Shown here: positions 17,415 through 29,378 of the stretch, in pieces
How positions within the stretch are numbered: the stretch's first letter is position 1
Layout of the letters: the number at the start of each line of letters is the position of its first letter
Assembly: GCA_963827955.1 (NCBI GenBank)
Contig: CAWHDJ010000018.1
Span: 1,245,297-1,309,296, forward strand
Direction of reading: 5' to 3'
DNA from: an uncultured delta proteobacterium
GTDB taxonomy: Bacteria > Myxococcota_A > Polyangia > Polyangiales > Polyangiaceae
DNA: 64,000 nucleotides
Notes under the pieces: model-generated
Told to the model about the DNA's origin: nothing
Database searches by the model: none
The model's input: only the letters and a program-made list of their open reading frames with translations
Translations under genes and position numbers: made by a program

Positions 17415-20085
17415 ATGCGTCCCTTTCTAATCCCCCTGGTCGCCACGTTTGCCGTTCTCGCCGCCGCAGCGAGCTGCGGATCCTCGGGAGCCACGCACCT
17501 GACCGGCGCCGGAGCCTCGTCGATGGGTGGATCGACATCGAGCCAGGGGGGGCACGGCGGATCCAGCTCGTCGGGCATCACCCTGGACGACGGCGGCGGC
17601 ACGGGCGGGGCGACCTGCTCCGGCGCCACGACCTGCGAAAAGCAGGGCGTGGACTGCGGGCCGATCGGGGACGGCTGCGGCGGCATCCTCCAGTGCGGCG
17701 ACTGCTCGTCGGGCCTGACCTGCGGGGGCGGCGGGAAGCCCGGGGTCTGCGGCGCGCCCACGTGCACGCCCAAGACCTGCACGGACCTCGGCGCCACCTG
17801 CGGGCCCATCGGGGACGGCTGCGGCAACCAGATCAACTGCGGCGGCTGTCAATCCGGCCAGACCTGCGGCGGCGGCGGAACCCCGAGCGTGTGCGGTTCG
17901 GGCGGGAGCTGTACGCCCCTGACCTGCGCGCAGCAGGCGGTGAACTGCGGTCCCATCGCCGACGGGTGCGGCAACATCATCCAGTGCGGCTCGTGCCCGA
18001 CGGGCCAGACCTGCGGTGGAGGCGGCGTCTCCAGCGTCTGCGGCGCGCCCAAGTGTACGCCCAAGACCTGCGCCGCCGGTGAGTGCGGGCCCGTCAGCGA
18101 CGGCTGCGGCGGCTTGCTCCAGTGCGGCGGCTGCAACCAGCCCGACACCTGCGGGGGCGGCGGTACCGCGAGCGTGTGCGGCGTTCCCTCGAGCTGCACC
18201 GGCCTCTGCCTCCAGCAGGTCACGTGCTCGAACCCGGCGGTCACGACGACGCTGACGGGCACCGTCTTCGCGCCCAACGGAATCCGACCCGCTCCCGAAC
18301 GCGCTCGTCTACGTGCCCAACGCGGCCGTCCAGCCGTTCGCCCCCGGGGTCTCCTGCGACAACTGCGCGAGCACCGTCTCGGGCTCGCCGCTCGTGAGCA
18401 CGGTCACCGCTGTCGACGGCACCTTCACGCTGACCAACGTCCCGGTGGGCGCGAGCATCCCGCTCGTGATCCAGCTCGGCCGCTGGCGCCGCCAGGTGAC
18501 CATCCCGAGCGTGCCCAAGTGCCAGACCACGCCCGTGGCGGCGACGCTCACGAACATGCCCCAGTGCAGCACGACGAACCCGAGCTGCCCGGCGGGCAAG
18601 GCGCGCGGCGACATCCCGCGCATGGCCTTCTCCACGGGCGTCGTCGACGCGCTGGAGTGCGTGATGCTCAAGATCGGCATCGACCAGAGCGAGTTCACGA
18701 TCCCGAGCGGCACCGGGCGCATCAACCTCTACGAGGGCCTCGTGGACAACTCGATCCCCGAGGGCGCGGAGGGCGGCGCGACCCTGCCGGGCGCGCCCAC
18801 CGAGGACCAGCTCTGGAGCACGCAGGCGGCGCTGAACCAGTACGACATGGTGCTCTTCCCCTGCCAGCAGAACCAGACGACGCGCAGCGCGACGGTGCAG
18901 CAGAACCTCATCAAGTACGCGAACGCCGGCGGCCGCATCTTCGCGACGCACTTCAGCTACGTGTGGCTCAACGACGACGCGCCCTTCAGCCAGACCGCGA
19001 AGTGGGACCCCGAGCAGCACCCGTCGCCGGCGGACCAGACCGGCTACATCGACACGAGCTTCCCCAAGGGGCTCGAGCTCGCGCAGTGGCTCGTCGTCGT
19101 CAACGCCTCGAACCAGTGCACGGTCAACCTCCAGTGCGGCATCGGGGGAACGTGCACGAACGGCCAGTGCCTCGGGCAGATCTCGCTCAGCGTCATCCGT
19201 CACGACTTCGACAACGTCGTCGCGCCCTCGCAGTCGTGGATGACATCAAGGACTCGACCTTCCCCGGGCGCGATCATGCACTACACGTTCAACACGCCCG
19301 TCGGGGCGCCGGCCGACCAGCAGTGCGGCAGGGTGCTCTTCGACGACTTCCACGTGGAGAACGTCGGCGACAGCTACCAGCAGATCTTCCCGGCCGAGTG
19401 CGTCATCGGGCAGAAGATGTCGCCCCAGGAGAAGCTCCTCGAGTTCATGATCTTCGACCTCTCGTCCTGCGTCACGCCGGACACCCCGCCCCCCTGCATG
19501 CCCAAGACCTGCGCCGAGGTGGGCGTCCAGTGCGGCCCCGCGGGCGACGGCTGCGGGAACGTCATCCAGTGCGGCACCTGCCCCGCCGGCAAGACGTGCG
19601 GCGGCGGCGGCACGCCCAGCGTCTGCGGCGCCCCGCAGTGCACGCCCGAGACCTGCGCGGAGCAGAACATCCACTGCGGCCCCGCGGGCGACGGCTGCGG
19701 CAACGGGATCGAGTGCGGGGCGTGCCCTTCCGGTCAGACGTGCGGCGGCGGCGGGATGCCCGGCGTCTGCGGAACCCAGACCTGCACCAAGCAGACCTGC
19801 GCCGGTCTCGGCGTCGCGTGCGGCCCGGCGGGCGACGGTTGCGGCGGGCTCCTCCAGTGCGGATCGTGCCCCGCGGGCCAGACCTGCGGCGGCGGCGGCA
19901 AGCCCGGCGTCTGCGGGAGCATGCCCTGCGTTCCGCGGACCTGCGCGCAGCTCGGCGCCAACTGCGGTCCGGTCGGCGATGGCTGCGGCAACGTGATCCA
20001 GTGCGGCAACTGCTCGCCGCCGCAGACGTGCGGCGGCGGCGGGACGGCGAGCGTGTGCGGCGGGAGCGGGCCGCAGACGACCTGA
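17415..20085 (+). CDS. Large secreted lipoprotein with 6 N-terminal and 5 C-terminal Cys-rich repeats of about 40 aa (C..CGPxGDGCGxxxQCGxC..GQTCGGGG.P.VCG). A CarbopepD_reg-like domain and a domain of unknown function lie between the repeat blocks. There is a frameshift near 18285.
   Basis: Signal MRPFLIPLVATFAVLAAAASCGSSG. The repeats are directly visible and resemble the Myxococcus cysteine-rich repeat. ORFs 17400..20561 and 18313..20085 are the two frames of one gene. Confidence 0.65.
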
Positions 20086-20091
20086 CGGGGC

Positions 20092-20766
20092 TCAGCGCGC
20101 GGGCGTTGCGTCGGGGGCGCGGACGTAGAGCGGCTCCACCTCGTCCGCGTGCCCCGGCGGGTCCACGCGCGCCGCTGCGATCCGGGCGACCCAGCCCGCG
20201 TCCGGCAGGTCCAGCGCCGGCCCGCGCGCGAGGCGCGCGCCCGCGGGCAGCGCAATCCCATCCGCGACCTCTCCGACGACGACCAGGCGCCCGCCGGCGG
20301 GCGGCTCCAGCGCGAACGCCTCCGGGCCCAGGGGGCGCGCGCAGGGGGCGAGGCGCGTGGCGCCGTCGTGCTCGTACGCTGCCAGGAAGACCTCGCCCTT
20401 CTTCGCGTCGATCGCGGCGAGCACCAGGTCCCCGGGCCCGGCTTCGCCGGCCCCGAACGCCGCGGCCGCCATCGCCGAGAGCGAGACCACGCCCGAGAGC
20501 GGCAGCCCGAGGCCGAAGGCGATGCCCTTGGCCGACGCGACGCCGACGCGCACCCCCGTGAACGACCCCGGGCCCACGTCGCACGCGATCGCGTCGAGCG
20601 TGCTCCGCCGCTCGCCCGCCTGCGCGAGCACGGCGTCGATGGCCTGGAAGATGCGCTCCGCGTGCCCCTGGAGGTCGACGTACGGGACCGTGGCCACGGC
20701 CTCGCCATCGCGGACGAGCGCGGCGCTCCCGCGCGGCGTGGAGGTGGAGACCGCGAGGATTTTCAC
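20092..20766 (-). CDS. tsaB: tRNA threonylcarbamoyladenosine biosynthesis protein TsaB (YeaZ)
   Basis: MKILAVSTSTPRGSAALVRDGE…CDVGPGSFTGVRVGVASAKGIAFGLGLPL, the YeaZ/Kae1-like fold without the metal site. Confidence 0.8.
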   Translation of the reverse strand: MKILAVSTSTPRGSAALVRDGEAVATVPYVDLQGHAERIFQAIDAVLAQAGERRSTLDAIACDVGPGSFTGVRVGVASAKGIAFGLGLPLSGVVSLSAMAAAAFGAGEAGPGDLVLAAIDAKKGEVFLAAYEHDGATRLAPCARPLGPEAFALEPPAGGRLVVVGEVADGIALPAGARLARGPALDLPDAGWVARIAAARVDPPGHADEVEPLYVRAPDATPAR

Positions 20767-20835
20767 CGTGGGGCCCCCGGAACTACGGGCGCGAGTCGCT
20801 GTCGCGGTCTTCGTGACGGATCTGCGGAGCCTGGC

Positions 20836-21788
20836 ATGAGGGGCGTACTATCCTCGAAGCGCGTGATGCGGAAGGCCCTGGTGCTCTCGATCGGCCTCCA
20901 CGCCGTCCTCTTCGGCGCCGTCCGCCCGCTCGCCCTCCACGCCGCCGCCGCCGCGCCGGCCGCAGAGGACCACTGGACGGGACAGACCGCCAGTTCCCGT
21001 CCCCGGCCCTCACGGGCGCCGTCTACGACGTCTCCATCGACACGCCCGCGCCCTCCCCCGCGGCGCCGCCCGCGGTGGACCCCGTCTCGGCTCCCCCGGC
21101 ACCTCCGCCGGCGCTTCCTGCCCCGGCTCCCGTCCAGGTGCACGCCGCCGTCGCCGCCGAGAATTCGCACGCCCCCGCGCTCCCGACGAATCCCGCCCCC
21201 AGGCCCTCGCCGAAGGCGCCCCCGGCGGTGTCCGCTGCCGCCGGCGTGGCCGCCGAGGGTTCCTCTGCCTCGCCCCCGAAACGCCGGCACGCTTCTTCTT
21301 CTCCTGCGCGATCCTCCGCCGGCTCGGCCGGTGCCTTCGGGGCGGAAGGGCCGCCTTCCGTCCGCAGCCTCGGCCGCGCGTTCCTCCGCGCCATCCCCGT
21401 GGCCTCGCAGCAGGATCCCGCGTGGGCCTCGGTGGCGCTCGGCGACACGGGAAAGCTCACCGCGGTGGTCCACGTGGACGAGGGCGGGCACGTCACCTCC
21501 GCGGAGCCCCGAGGCCTCGACCGGCCGAAGCCGCTCGTGAGCCTCGTCCGCCGCACGATCCCCCTGCTCGAAGCAGGGACGTTCGCGATCCGCGACGGCG
21601 CCGTCACCGCGGGGGACGAGGTGCTGGAGATCCGCGCGACGGTCAGTCAGGTCGACGCGGACGGGGTGGGCGCGGGCAGCCCCGTCAGCCTCTCGCACGA
21701 CCCCGACAAGGGCACGGCGGCGTTCACGCAGGCGAACGGTCGTCACGTGGATGTGGCGGTTCGGGTGCTCCACGTCGACGCGCGCTGA
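20836..21788 (+). CDS. Pro-rich membrane-anchored protein (TonB-like architecture). It has a frameshift near 20985.
   Basis: N-terminal TM RKALVLSIGLHAVLFGAV, a long Pro/Ala-rich linker, and a C-terminal beta domain (…KLTAVVHVDEGGHVTSAEP…). Confidence 0.4.
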
Positions 21789-21872
21789 GGCCACGGGGGC
21801 GACGGCGGGCTACGGGCGCTCCCGAGGGGTTGCGGGTGGCTCCCGCTTGGCGTTGGAACGTCTCGGATTCAC

Positions 21873-23303
21873 GTGACCCTCGTGAGTAGCCCGATCTCCG
21901 CCGTCGCGTCGCGCCTCGCGCTGTTGCTCCCTCTTTCCATCCTCGCGGGCGCCTGCCGCGGCGAACCCCCCGCGCAGCCACGCCTCGGGTTCAGCACGAC
22001 GCAGCCGGGCGGGCTCCGCACCGCGCACCCGCGCGGCTTCGGCGTCGGGGTGTCCCGTTCGCTCGACCGCGAGGCCGGCCCCGAGGCCGGCGCGAGCTCC
22101 ACGGTCGTCGACCGCGCGCGAGAGAGCGTCGTCAGCGTGATCGCCGGGCACCCGGCGGGGCCGCACGGCACCGTCACCGAGAAGGGATCCCCTCCGCGCG
22201 AGCACGCGCTCGGCTCCGGCTTCGTCCTCACGTCCGACGGGCTCGTGATGACGAGCCGCCACGTCATCGACGGCGCGGACGACGTCAGCGTGCAGCTCGA
22301 CGACGGGCGGTTCTTCCCCGCGGCGATCGTGGCGCGCGACGCGCTGCTCGACATCGCGCTGCTCAAGCTCTCGGGCGCGCACGAGCTGCCCGTCGCCACG
22401 CTGGGCGACAGCGGCGCGATGCGCGTGGGCGACCCCGTGATCGCGATGGGCAACCCCTTCGGCCTCGGGCCCAGCGTCCGGCGCGGGATCCTGAGCGCGC
22501 AGGCGCGGGAGGTCGACGAGGGCCCGCCGGGCGAGTTCCTCCAGACGGACGCGGCCGTGAACCCCGGCGACAGCGGCGGGCCGCTCCTCGACGCCGGGGG
22601 GCGGGTCATCGGCATCGACACGGCAATCGTGGAGCACGGCCAGGGCCTGAGCTTCGCCATCCCCATCGACGACGTGCGCGTCGTGCTCGACGAGCTCGGT
22701 CCACCGGCCGCGTGGCCCGCGGCCACGTCGGCGTCACCTACCAGGCGGTGGACGCGGCCCTGGCCCGCGCGCTCTCGCTCCACTCCCCGGAGGGCGCGCT
22801 CGTGACGGAGGTCGAGAGCGGCGGCCCGGCCGACCACGGCGGCCTGCGCCCCGGCGACCTCATCACGTCCATCGACGCGGTGCCCGTGAAGACCCCGGGC
22901 GACCTGTCGCACGACCTCGAGCGGCGCAAGCCGGGCGAGGCCATCCTCCTCGGCGTGCTGCGCGCCGGCACCCCACCGCGGGCTCGGCTTGCTGCTCGAC
23001 CGGATGCCCAACAAGGACGGCGACGCCGAGGGGAAAGCGCCGCCGGCTCACCTCTCCGGGGGCGCGGACGGGATCCGGCTCGTCGACGCCGACGGAGGGG
23101 TGCGTGTCGACGCGCTCGACGCGAGCACCACCGCCGCTGACGGCCTCCGGCCCGGCGACGTGGTGCTGGAGGTGAACCACAAGCCGGTGCGGCGCGCGGC
23201 GGAGGCGCTGAAGCAGATCTCGTCGACGCCGCGGCCTGGGGCGGCGCTGCTCCGGGTGAAGCGGGACGGGGAGTTCCTCTACGTGGGGATCGATGTGAGC
23301 TAG
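21873..23303 (+). CDS. htrA: HtrA/DegP-family serine protease with two PDZ domains. The frame breaks at least twice.
   Basis: Catalytic triad context HVIDGADDV… DIALLKL… GNPFGLG…GDSGGPLLD. PDZ1 (GALVTEVESGGPADHGGLRPGDLITSIDAVPV) and PDZ2 (LRPGDVVLEVNHKPVRRAAEALKQI) lie in different frames. Confidence 0.75.
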
Positions 23304-23313
23304 CGCAGCTTCT

Positions 23314-23352
23314 CGAGCCCGAGCCCGTTTCGCTGGATTTCGGGCTCGGGCT
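23314..23352 (+). terminator. GC-rich hairpin downstream of htrA
   Basis: gagcccgagccc-gtttcgctggatttc-gggctcgggctc is a perfect 12-bp stem. There is no T-run, as is usual in high-GC genomes. Confidence 0.45.
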
Positions 23353-23453
23353 CGGGCTGGGGGAACGGAGACGAGTCACCGACGGGCGTTCAGGCGGATT
23401 CTCCCCCAGATCTCCCTGGAGCGGAGCCGCCGCCGCGGTATGGAGCGGGGCCG

Positions 23454-24627
23454 ATGACTTCGAAGACCTCCTCCCTCCCCGGCTTCCGCGACCTCGACCT
23501 CGCCGCGAGGCGCCGTGTGCTCGGCGAGCGCGGTCCGAATCCCGGCGGGCGAGCTCGACGCGGCGCTCGAAGGCGGCGGCCTCTCCCCGGAGACGGCCGA
23601 CAAGATGATCGAGAACGCCATCGGCACCCTGGCGCTCCCCTTCGGCGTGGCGCTGAACGTCCGCGTCAACGGCGCCGACTACCTCGTGCCCATGGCCATC
23701 GAGGAGCCGAGCGTCGTCGCCGCCGCCTCCCACGCCGCGAAGCGGGTGCGCGCGGGCGGAGGGTTCACGGGCGTCGCGGCCGAGCCGCTCATGGTCGCGC
23801 AGATCGAGGTGCACGACGTGGCCGATCCGGCGGGCGCGGTGGCGCGCATCGGCGTGGCGCGGGCGGGCTCCTGGAGATGGCGGCGCGCGCGGTGCCGGGG
23901 ATCGTCGAGCGCGGCGGCGGGCCGAGGGAGATCGCCGCGCGTGACCTGGGCGAGGGCTTTGTGGTGGCGGAGGTGCTGGTGCACGTCTGCGACGCGATGG
24001 GCGCGAACACGGTGAACACGGTCGCCGAGGCGCTCGGCGAGCGGGTGGCCGAGCTCGCCGGGGGCACGCTCGGGCTGCGCATCCTCAGCAACCACTGCGA
24101 CCGGCGCGTCACCTGCGTGACGGCGCGCGTCCCCGTCGCGGAGTTCGGCTGCCGGCGCGCCGCCGGGGCCGAGGCCGCCGCCGGCGTGGCGAGCGCCTCG
24201 CGCTTCGCCGAGCTGGATCCGTACCGCGCCGTCACCCACAACAAGGGCATCATGAACGGCGTGGACGCCGTGGTGATGGCGACCGGCAACGACTGGCGCG
24301 CTGTCGAGGCGGCGGCCCACGCGTACGCGGCGCGCAGCGGCGTCTACCGCCCGCTCGCGACGTGGCGTGTCGTCGAGGGCGGCGCGGTGCTCGAGGGGCG
24401 GATCGAGAATCCCGCTCCCGCTCGGCACGGTGGGCGGCGCGCTCCGCGTGCACCGCGGCGCCCGGCTCGCGCTCGAGCTGCTCGGCATGCCCTCGGCCGC
24501 CGAGCTCGCGATGGTTGCGGCGGCCACCGGGCTCGCCAGCAACCTGGCGGCGCTCCGCGCGATGGCCACGGAGGGCATCCAGCGCGGCCACATGGCCCTC
24601 CACCACCGCACGACGACGGCTCCGTGA
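23454..24627 (+). CDS. mvaA: Class II (bacterial-type) HMG-CoA reductase. It spans three frames.
   Basis: ENAIGTLALPFGVALN…, CDAMGANTVNTV, THNKGIMNGVDAVVMATGNDWRAVEA, GHMALHHR: the conserved HMGR motifs. Confidence 0.75.
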
Positions 24628-24660
24628 GCGCGCAGCCCCCGCCCTGAGCCGGGGCAGGGC

Positions 24661-24840
24661 AAACAAACCGAACCGCGCCCGGAGCGAGCCGCCGTTCACG
24701 GCGGCTCGCGGAGGAAGCGGGTGCCCGGGCCCTGCAAGACGGCCCCTGTCTTTCCAGAGGCAGGATGGCTAAAGCTGAGGCCCCCGCTTCCTCCGCGAGC
24801 CCGCCTTCGGCTTGCTCGCTCCGGGCGCGGTTCGGTTTGT
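24661..24840. repeat. Nested palindromic intergenic element, family 2, copy A (about 180 bp). It abuts the start codon of the next gene.
   Basis: 27-bp TIRs acaaaccgaaccgcgcccggagcgagc / gctcgctccgggcgcggttcggtttgt. Inner inverted repeat cgcggaggaagcggg…cccgcttcctccgcg. The central region is unique. Confidence 0.7.
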
Positions 24841-26142
24841 ATGCGTCCTCGTGTCCTCCTCGCCCTGCCGCTAGCCCTCCTCCTCGCGCCGCGGTCCGCG
24901 CGCGCCAACATGGCCAAGGCCGTCATCGAGGGCGAGCGCGCCGGTGTCATCGCCCCGGAGAAGGCCACCGCCGTGCGCGTCGACCGGGAGACGCTCGACT
25001 TCGTGGCCGGGCCCGACCTCGCCTCGGCGGCGGTGACGGCCCGATACTGGCTCACCAACGCCGGCGCCTCCCCTGATGGCGTCGACGTCGCCTTCGTCTA
25101 TGTGCGGTCGGAAGAGGCCGGCGGCTTGGGCCTGGGCGACCACGCCGGCGTCGCGCTCGACGACGGCGCGCAGAATCCCGTTCCGCGCGGTCACCGACGT
25201 GGACCTGCTCCGAAATCGGCTCTCGGCGTGGCTCAAGGCGCACCCCCTCGTCGACGGAGCCCTGCCTGCGGCCGAAGCGAACGACGCCGCTGCAGGGGCC
25301 GAGCTGGCGCGGAACGTCGAGGCGGCCGGCGGCCGTTGCGACGGGCCCTGCCCGGGCCTCGTCCGGTGGTACCGCGACACCGACACCAATCAGCCGCCGC
25401 TGGTCGACGAGGCCGAGGTCCGCGGCGCCGCGCGCGAGGCCATCCCTGGCGCCGAGGACGACATCGCGCGCGGCTGGTCCACAATCCCGGGCGCGCGCCT
25501 CGGCTTCCTCTTCTTCCACCTCGACCTCCCGCCCGGGGCCATGCGCAGCGTCGTCGTCCGCTACCGGCAGCGCGCCTCGGTCGACCGCGCCGCGCACGTC
25601 AACCCGACGTACCGCTTCGACTACCTGCTCTCGCCGGCGAAGCGCTGGGCCGCCTTCGGTCCGATCGACGTCACCGTCCGCGTGCCGGAGGACGCGCGCT
25701 TCGCGTCGACGCTCCCGTTCCACGCCGAGGGCGGCGTCCAGCGCGCCGAGCCCCAGGCTTGCCGGAGGGCGAGCTCTCCTTCGAGGCGATGTCCATGCGG
25801 GGCCTCTGGCTCGGGATGACCGAGCCGCGCGGCTACTGGATCATCCTGATGATCGCGATGGCGGCGGTGACGGCGCTCGTCGGCGCCGCTGCCGGGTATT
25901 TGGCGCGCGCGCGATCCGGGTGGCGGCGGGTGGCCCTGCCGATCGTGACGGCGGGCCCGCTCGCCGCGGTGTGCAACGTCGCGGTGCTCGTCCTGCTCCT
26001 GGCGGCGTTCCCGCCCGCCGGGCTGGGGTTCGGCTACGCCGGCCTGATCGGCGGCGTGCTGCTCGTCCTGATCTCGGTCCCCGTCGGGGCCGTCGCCGGC
26101 GCTGTCTCGGCGGCCAGGGGCGCAAAGCAGCCGGCGGATTGA
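24841..26142 (+). CDS. Hypothetical secreted protein with C-terminal transmembrane helices. It spans three frames.
   Basis: Signal MRPRVLLALPLALLLAPRSARA. C-terminal TM segments (WIILMIAMAAVTALVGAAAGYL…). Confidence 0.45.
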   Translation: MRPRVLLALPLALLLAPRSARANMAKAVIEGERAGVIAPEKATAVRVDRETLDFVAGPDLASAAVTARYWLTNAGASPDGVDVAFVYVRSEEAGGLGLGDHAGVALDDGAQNPVPRGHRRGPAPKSALGVAQGAPPRRRSPACGRSERRRCRGRAGAERRGGRRPLRRALPGPRPVVPRHRHQSAAAGRRGRGPRRRARGHPWRRGRHRARLVHNPGRAPRLPLLPPRPPARGHAQRRRPLPAARLGRPRRARQPDVPLRLPALAGEALGRLRSDRRHRPRAGGRALRVDAPVPRRGRRPARRAPGLPEGELSFEAMSMRGLWLGMTEPRGYWIILMIAMAAVTALVGAAAGYLARARSGWRRVALPIVTAGPLAAVCNVAVLVLLLAAFPPAGLGFGYAGLIGGVLLVLISVPVGAVAGAVSAARGAKQPAD

Positions 26143-26182
26143 AGTTGCCGAGCGCGGTCACAAGAGCGTACCTCTCGGGGCC

Positions 26183-26786
26183 ATGCGCACCCTGCTCCCG
26201 CTCGGCGTCGTCCTCGCCGCCCTCACGGGTGGCTGCGCCATGAGCATCCCGCAGGCCACGCCGTATCCCAGGGCGCCTTCGCCGGCGGAGCCCGCACCCG
26301 GCCGCTCCTTGTGCGAGCGGACGGCCGTCGCCGCCCGGAGCCTCTCCAGCGCGCAGGCCGCCGGCGGGTGGACGTTCGGCGCCATCGGCGTCGCCGCGAC
26401 CGGCACCGGCGTCATCGCGACCGTGGTGAACGACCAGCAGCCGCGCCTGATGGCGGCCGCAGGGCTCACCCTCGGCGGCGTCGCGCTCGGCATCGTCGCT
26501 TACCATCTCTTCCTCCGAATCCGCCGCCTCCGCCCGCCTCGGCCAGGCGGCGGACCTCGCCTTGCTCGACAAGAACGACCACCGCGCCTTCGAAACGTGC
26601 GTCCGCGCCAAGGCGGCGTGGGAGGTGTCGAAGGCGGACCCGGACGGGATCACGCGCGAGATGCTGGACCAGGAGGAGCGCGAGAACCGGAAGCTGCGGG
26701 AGGAGGTCGAGCGGCTCAAGCGGCAGGTGGGCGAGGCAGGCCCAGGGGAGGGTCAGGCGCCGGCGGTGACAGCGCCTGCGCGCTGA
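26183..26786 (+). CDS. Hypothetical lipoprotein. It has a frameshift near 26520.
   Basis: MRTLLPLGVVLAALTGGCAMS lipobox. Charged coiled C-terminus (EERENRKLREEVERLKRQV). Confidence 0.45.
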
Positions 26787-26842
26787 ATTAGCCCACGGTC
26801 GCCCCCGCCTGCCGCGCCCCCCGGTGCTACCATCCGCGCCCC

Positions 26843-27930
26843 ATGTCGCAGAGCCGCTTCGCGCCGCTCCTCCGGGAGGACCTCGCCGAGCTCCGCTCGT
26901 ACGAGCCACGTGCCGGCGCCTTCGCCGTCCGCCTCGACGCCAACGAGCCCCCGTCCCTGATCTCGCCCGAGGCCTCGGCCGCGCTCGCCCGCGCGATGGT
27001 CCCCCCGGCCTGGAACCGCTACCCCGACGCCCGCGCCACCGAGCTGCGTGCCGCCATCGCCGCCCGCTGCGACGCCTCGCCGGAGGAGGTGCTCGTGGGC
27101 ATCGGGTCGGACGAGGTGATCGCGCTCCTCCTGACGGCGCTCTGCCGCCCGCAGGGGAAGAACCCGGCGCCCGTCGTGCTCGCGCCCACGCCGACCTTCG
27201 TCATGTACCGGCTCAGCGCCCGGGCGCGGGGCTTCAAGGTCGTGGAGGTCCCCCTCGACGCGGCGTGGGACCTCGACGTCCCGGCGATGCGCCGCGCCGT
27301 GGAGCTGATGCGCCCGAACCTCGTCTTCCTGGCCACGCCGAACAATCCGACGGGTCAGCGCATGTCCCTCAATCGGCTGGAGGCGGTCGCCGCCGCCGCT
27401 TCCTCTGCGCTCGTCGTGATCGACGAGGCGTACGTCGACTTCGCCCAACAGAAGCAGATCCACCTCCGCCGCGCGTGCCCCAACGTCGCCGTCCTCCGCA
27501 CCCTCTCCAAGATCGGCTTCGCGTCGCTCCGCGTGGGCTGGATGATCGGGCCGGCGAGCTCGTCGCCGAGATCGACAAGGTGCGCCAGCCCTACAACCTC
27601 CCCGTCCCCGTGCAGCGCGGCGCCCTCCACGTCCTCGAGCACATGGGGGACGAGGTCGCGCGCGCCTGCGCCGCCGTCGTGGCGGAGCGCGAGCGGCTCG
27701 CGGCTGGGCTCGCCGCGCTCGGGCTCGGCGTGACGCCGAGCGACGCCAACTTTCTCTGGGTCGAGACGAAGGGGCCGGCCGGCGACGTCTGCGAGGCGCT
27801 CGCGTCCCGCGGCGTGCTCGTCAAGAGCTTCCACGCGAGCGGCGGCCGGCTCCTCCGGCGCCTGCGCATCACGGTCGGGCTCCCCGCCGAGAACGACCGG
27901 CTGCTCGAAGGAATCGCGCGGTGCGCGTAG
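26843..27930 (+). CDS. hisC: Histidinol-phosphate aminotransferase family (class II PLP aminotransferase). It has a frameshift near 27545.
   Basis: RLDANEPP…, ATPNNPTGQ, LVVIDEAYVDF, LRTLSKIGFASLRVGW (PLP-Lys context). About 360 aa. Confidence 0.6.
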
Positions 27931-29023
27931 CCGCCGCCCTCCTCACGGCCCTCGCGGCGGTCGCGCTCGCCGGCTGCGGCGAGGGCGCCGTGGTGCGCAT
28001 CGTCGACGGCCGGCCCGTGCGCGGGCGCTTCATCCCCGAGACGGCGTACGCGCTCTACGCCCACGGCGCCGAGGCCGAGGCCGCCGGCGACCTGGGCGGC
28101 GCGATCGCCGCGTTCCAGCTCGCCGTCGCCGAGGATCCCGAGAGCCCCGAGATCTGGACCCGGCTCGGCGCGCTCCGGTGCTGGACGGCCCCCGTGGACA
28201 CCGTCCCGCCCGCCGCGGAGGTCGCCTTCGCCCGCGCGGCGAAGCTCGACCCATCCTATGGCCCCGCCCACCGGGAGCGCGCCCGCTGCCTGCTCTCGAA
28301 GAACGGCGCCTCTCCGGAGACCGCGCTCGCCGAGGCCGAGCGCGCGCTCGCGCTAATCCGGACGACCTCGGCACCGCGCTCGTCCGCGCCGCGGCGCTCG
28401 CGCGTGCGCGCCGCGGCGACGATGCGCGCCTCGCGTACCTCGCCGCCGCCGTCCGCCGCCCCGGCGATCGCGAGGCCTGGCGCGCGCTCCTCGACTTCTT
28501 CGCCCGCACACGCGCGGACGTCGCCGCGGTCGTCGGCGCCGAGCACGCCAATCTCCTGGCCCTCCGCCGAGCGGCGCCCCTCGCGCCCGTCGACGCGGCG
28601 CTCCGCGCGGGCGACCTCGCGGAGGCCCGGCGCCTCGCCCTCCGGGCCCGCCTCCCTGCCGGCGAGCTGGCCGTGCGCGCCGCCGCCCTCGGCCGCGCGC
28701 CGCTCGCCCGCGAGCAGGCCGCGCTCGTGATCGGCGCCGACCCTGGAGACGCCTCCGCGCGCATCGCCCTCGCGGCCGCCGCCGACCTCTTCCGCGACCC
28801 CACCGCGCTCGACGCGGCGGTGCGCGGCGTCCCCCGCCGGAGCACGGCCCCCTCACCGCTCGCGCGCCTCCTCTTCGCCGAGGTCCTGGCCCGCCGCGCC
28901 GGCGCCAACGCCGTCCAGGCCTGGCTCGGGCCCACGCTCCCCGCCACCGGCGACGACCCCCTCCTCGCCGCCACCGAAGAGCGCGTCCGCACGGCCATCG
29001 CCGGCAGAGCGCCCGGCCGGTAG
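27921..29023 (+). CDS. TPR-like lipoprotein. It has a frameshift near 28350.
   Basis: MRVAAALLTALAAVALAGCGEG lipobox. Ala/Leu/Arg-rich helical repeats. Confidence 0.45.
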
Positions 29024-29083
29024 CGATCACTCCGGCCCTCACTCCCCAGCCCCATGGGCGTTACCCTGCCGGGAGCGCTCCAC

Positions 29084-29250
29084 AAACGCCATCCTAACCG
29101 CGACCGGAGCGAGCCGCCGAAGGCAGGCTCGCGGAGGAAGCGGGGGGTGCGGCTTCGCATGACGCGCCGTCGAGCAGACCTGCGGCCCCCGCTTCCTCCG
29201 CGAGCCGCCGTGAACGGCGGATTGCGAAGGGCGCGGTTCGGATGGCGGTT
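29084..29250. repeat. Nested palindromic intergenic element, family 2, copy B
   Basis: aaacgccatcctaaccgcgaccggagcgagccgcc…cgcggaggaagcggggggtgcggcttcgcatgacgcgccgtcgagcagacctgcggcccccgcttcctccgcgagccgccgtgaacggcgg… The core is almost identical to 46326..46490. Confidence 0.7.
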
Positions 29251-29378
29251 GTCGAGCGCCCCGGCGGGCTCTCGGCCCGATTGCGCCGGGGCGCGGGCGC
29301 GCAACGCTCGGAGGGCGTGACCAGGGCTCGACGGGCGCACGGCTGCGCCGGCCGGGTGGCCACGGAGAGCGTTGCCCG

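Noticed and set aside
17427-20708. Several 100-340-aa minus-strand ORFs rich in P, Q, W and H
   Set aside because: They are antisense of the Cys-rich repeat gene and reflect the repeat periodicity. There are no start contexts.
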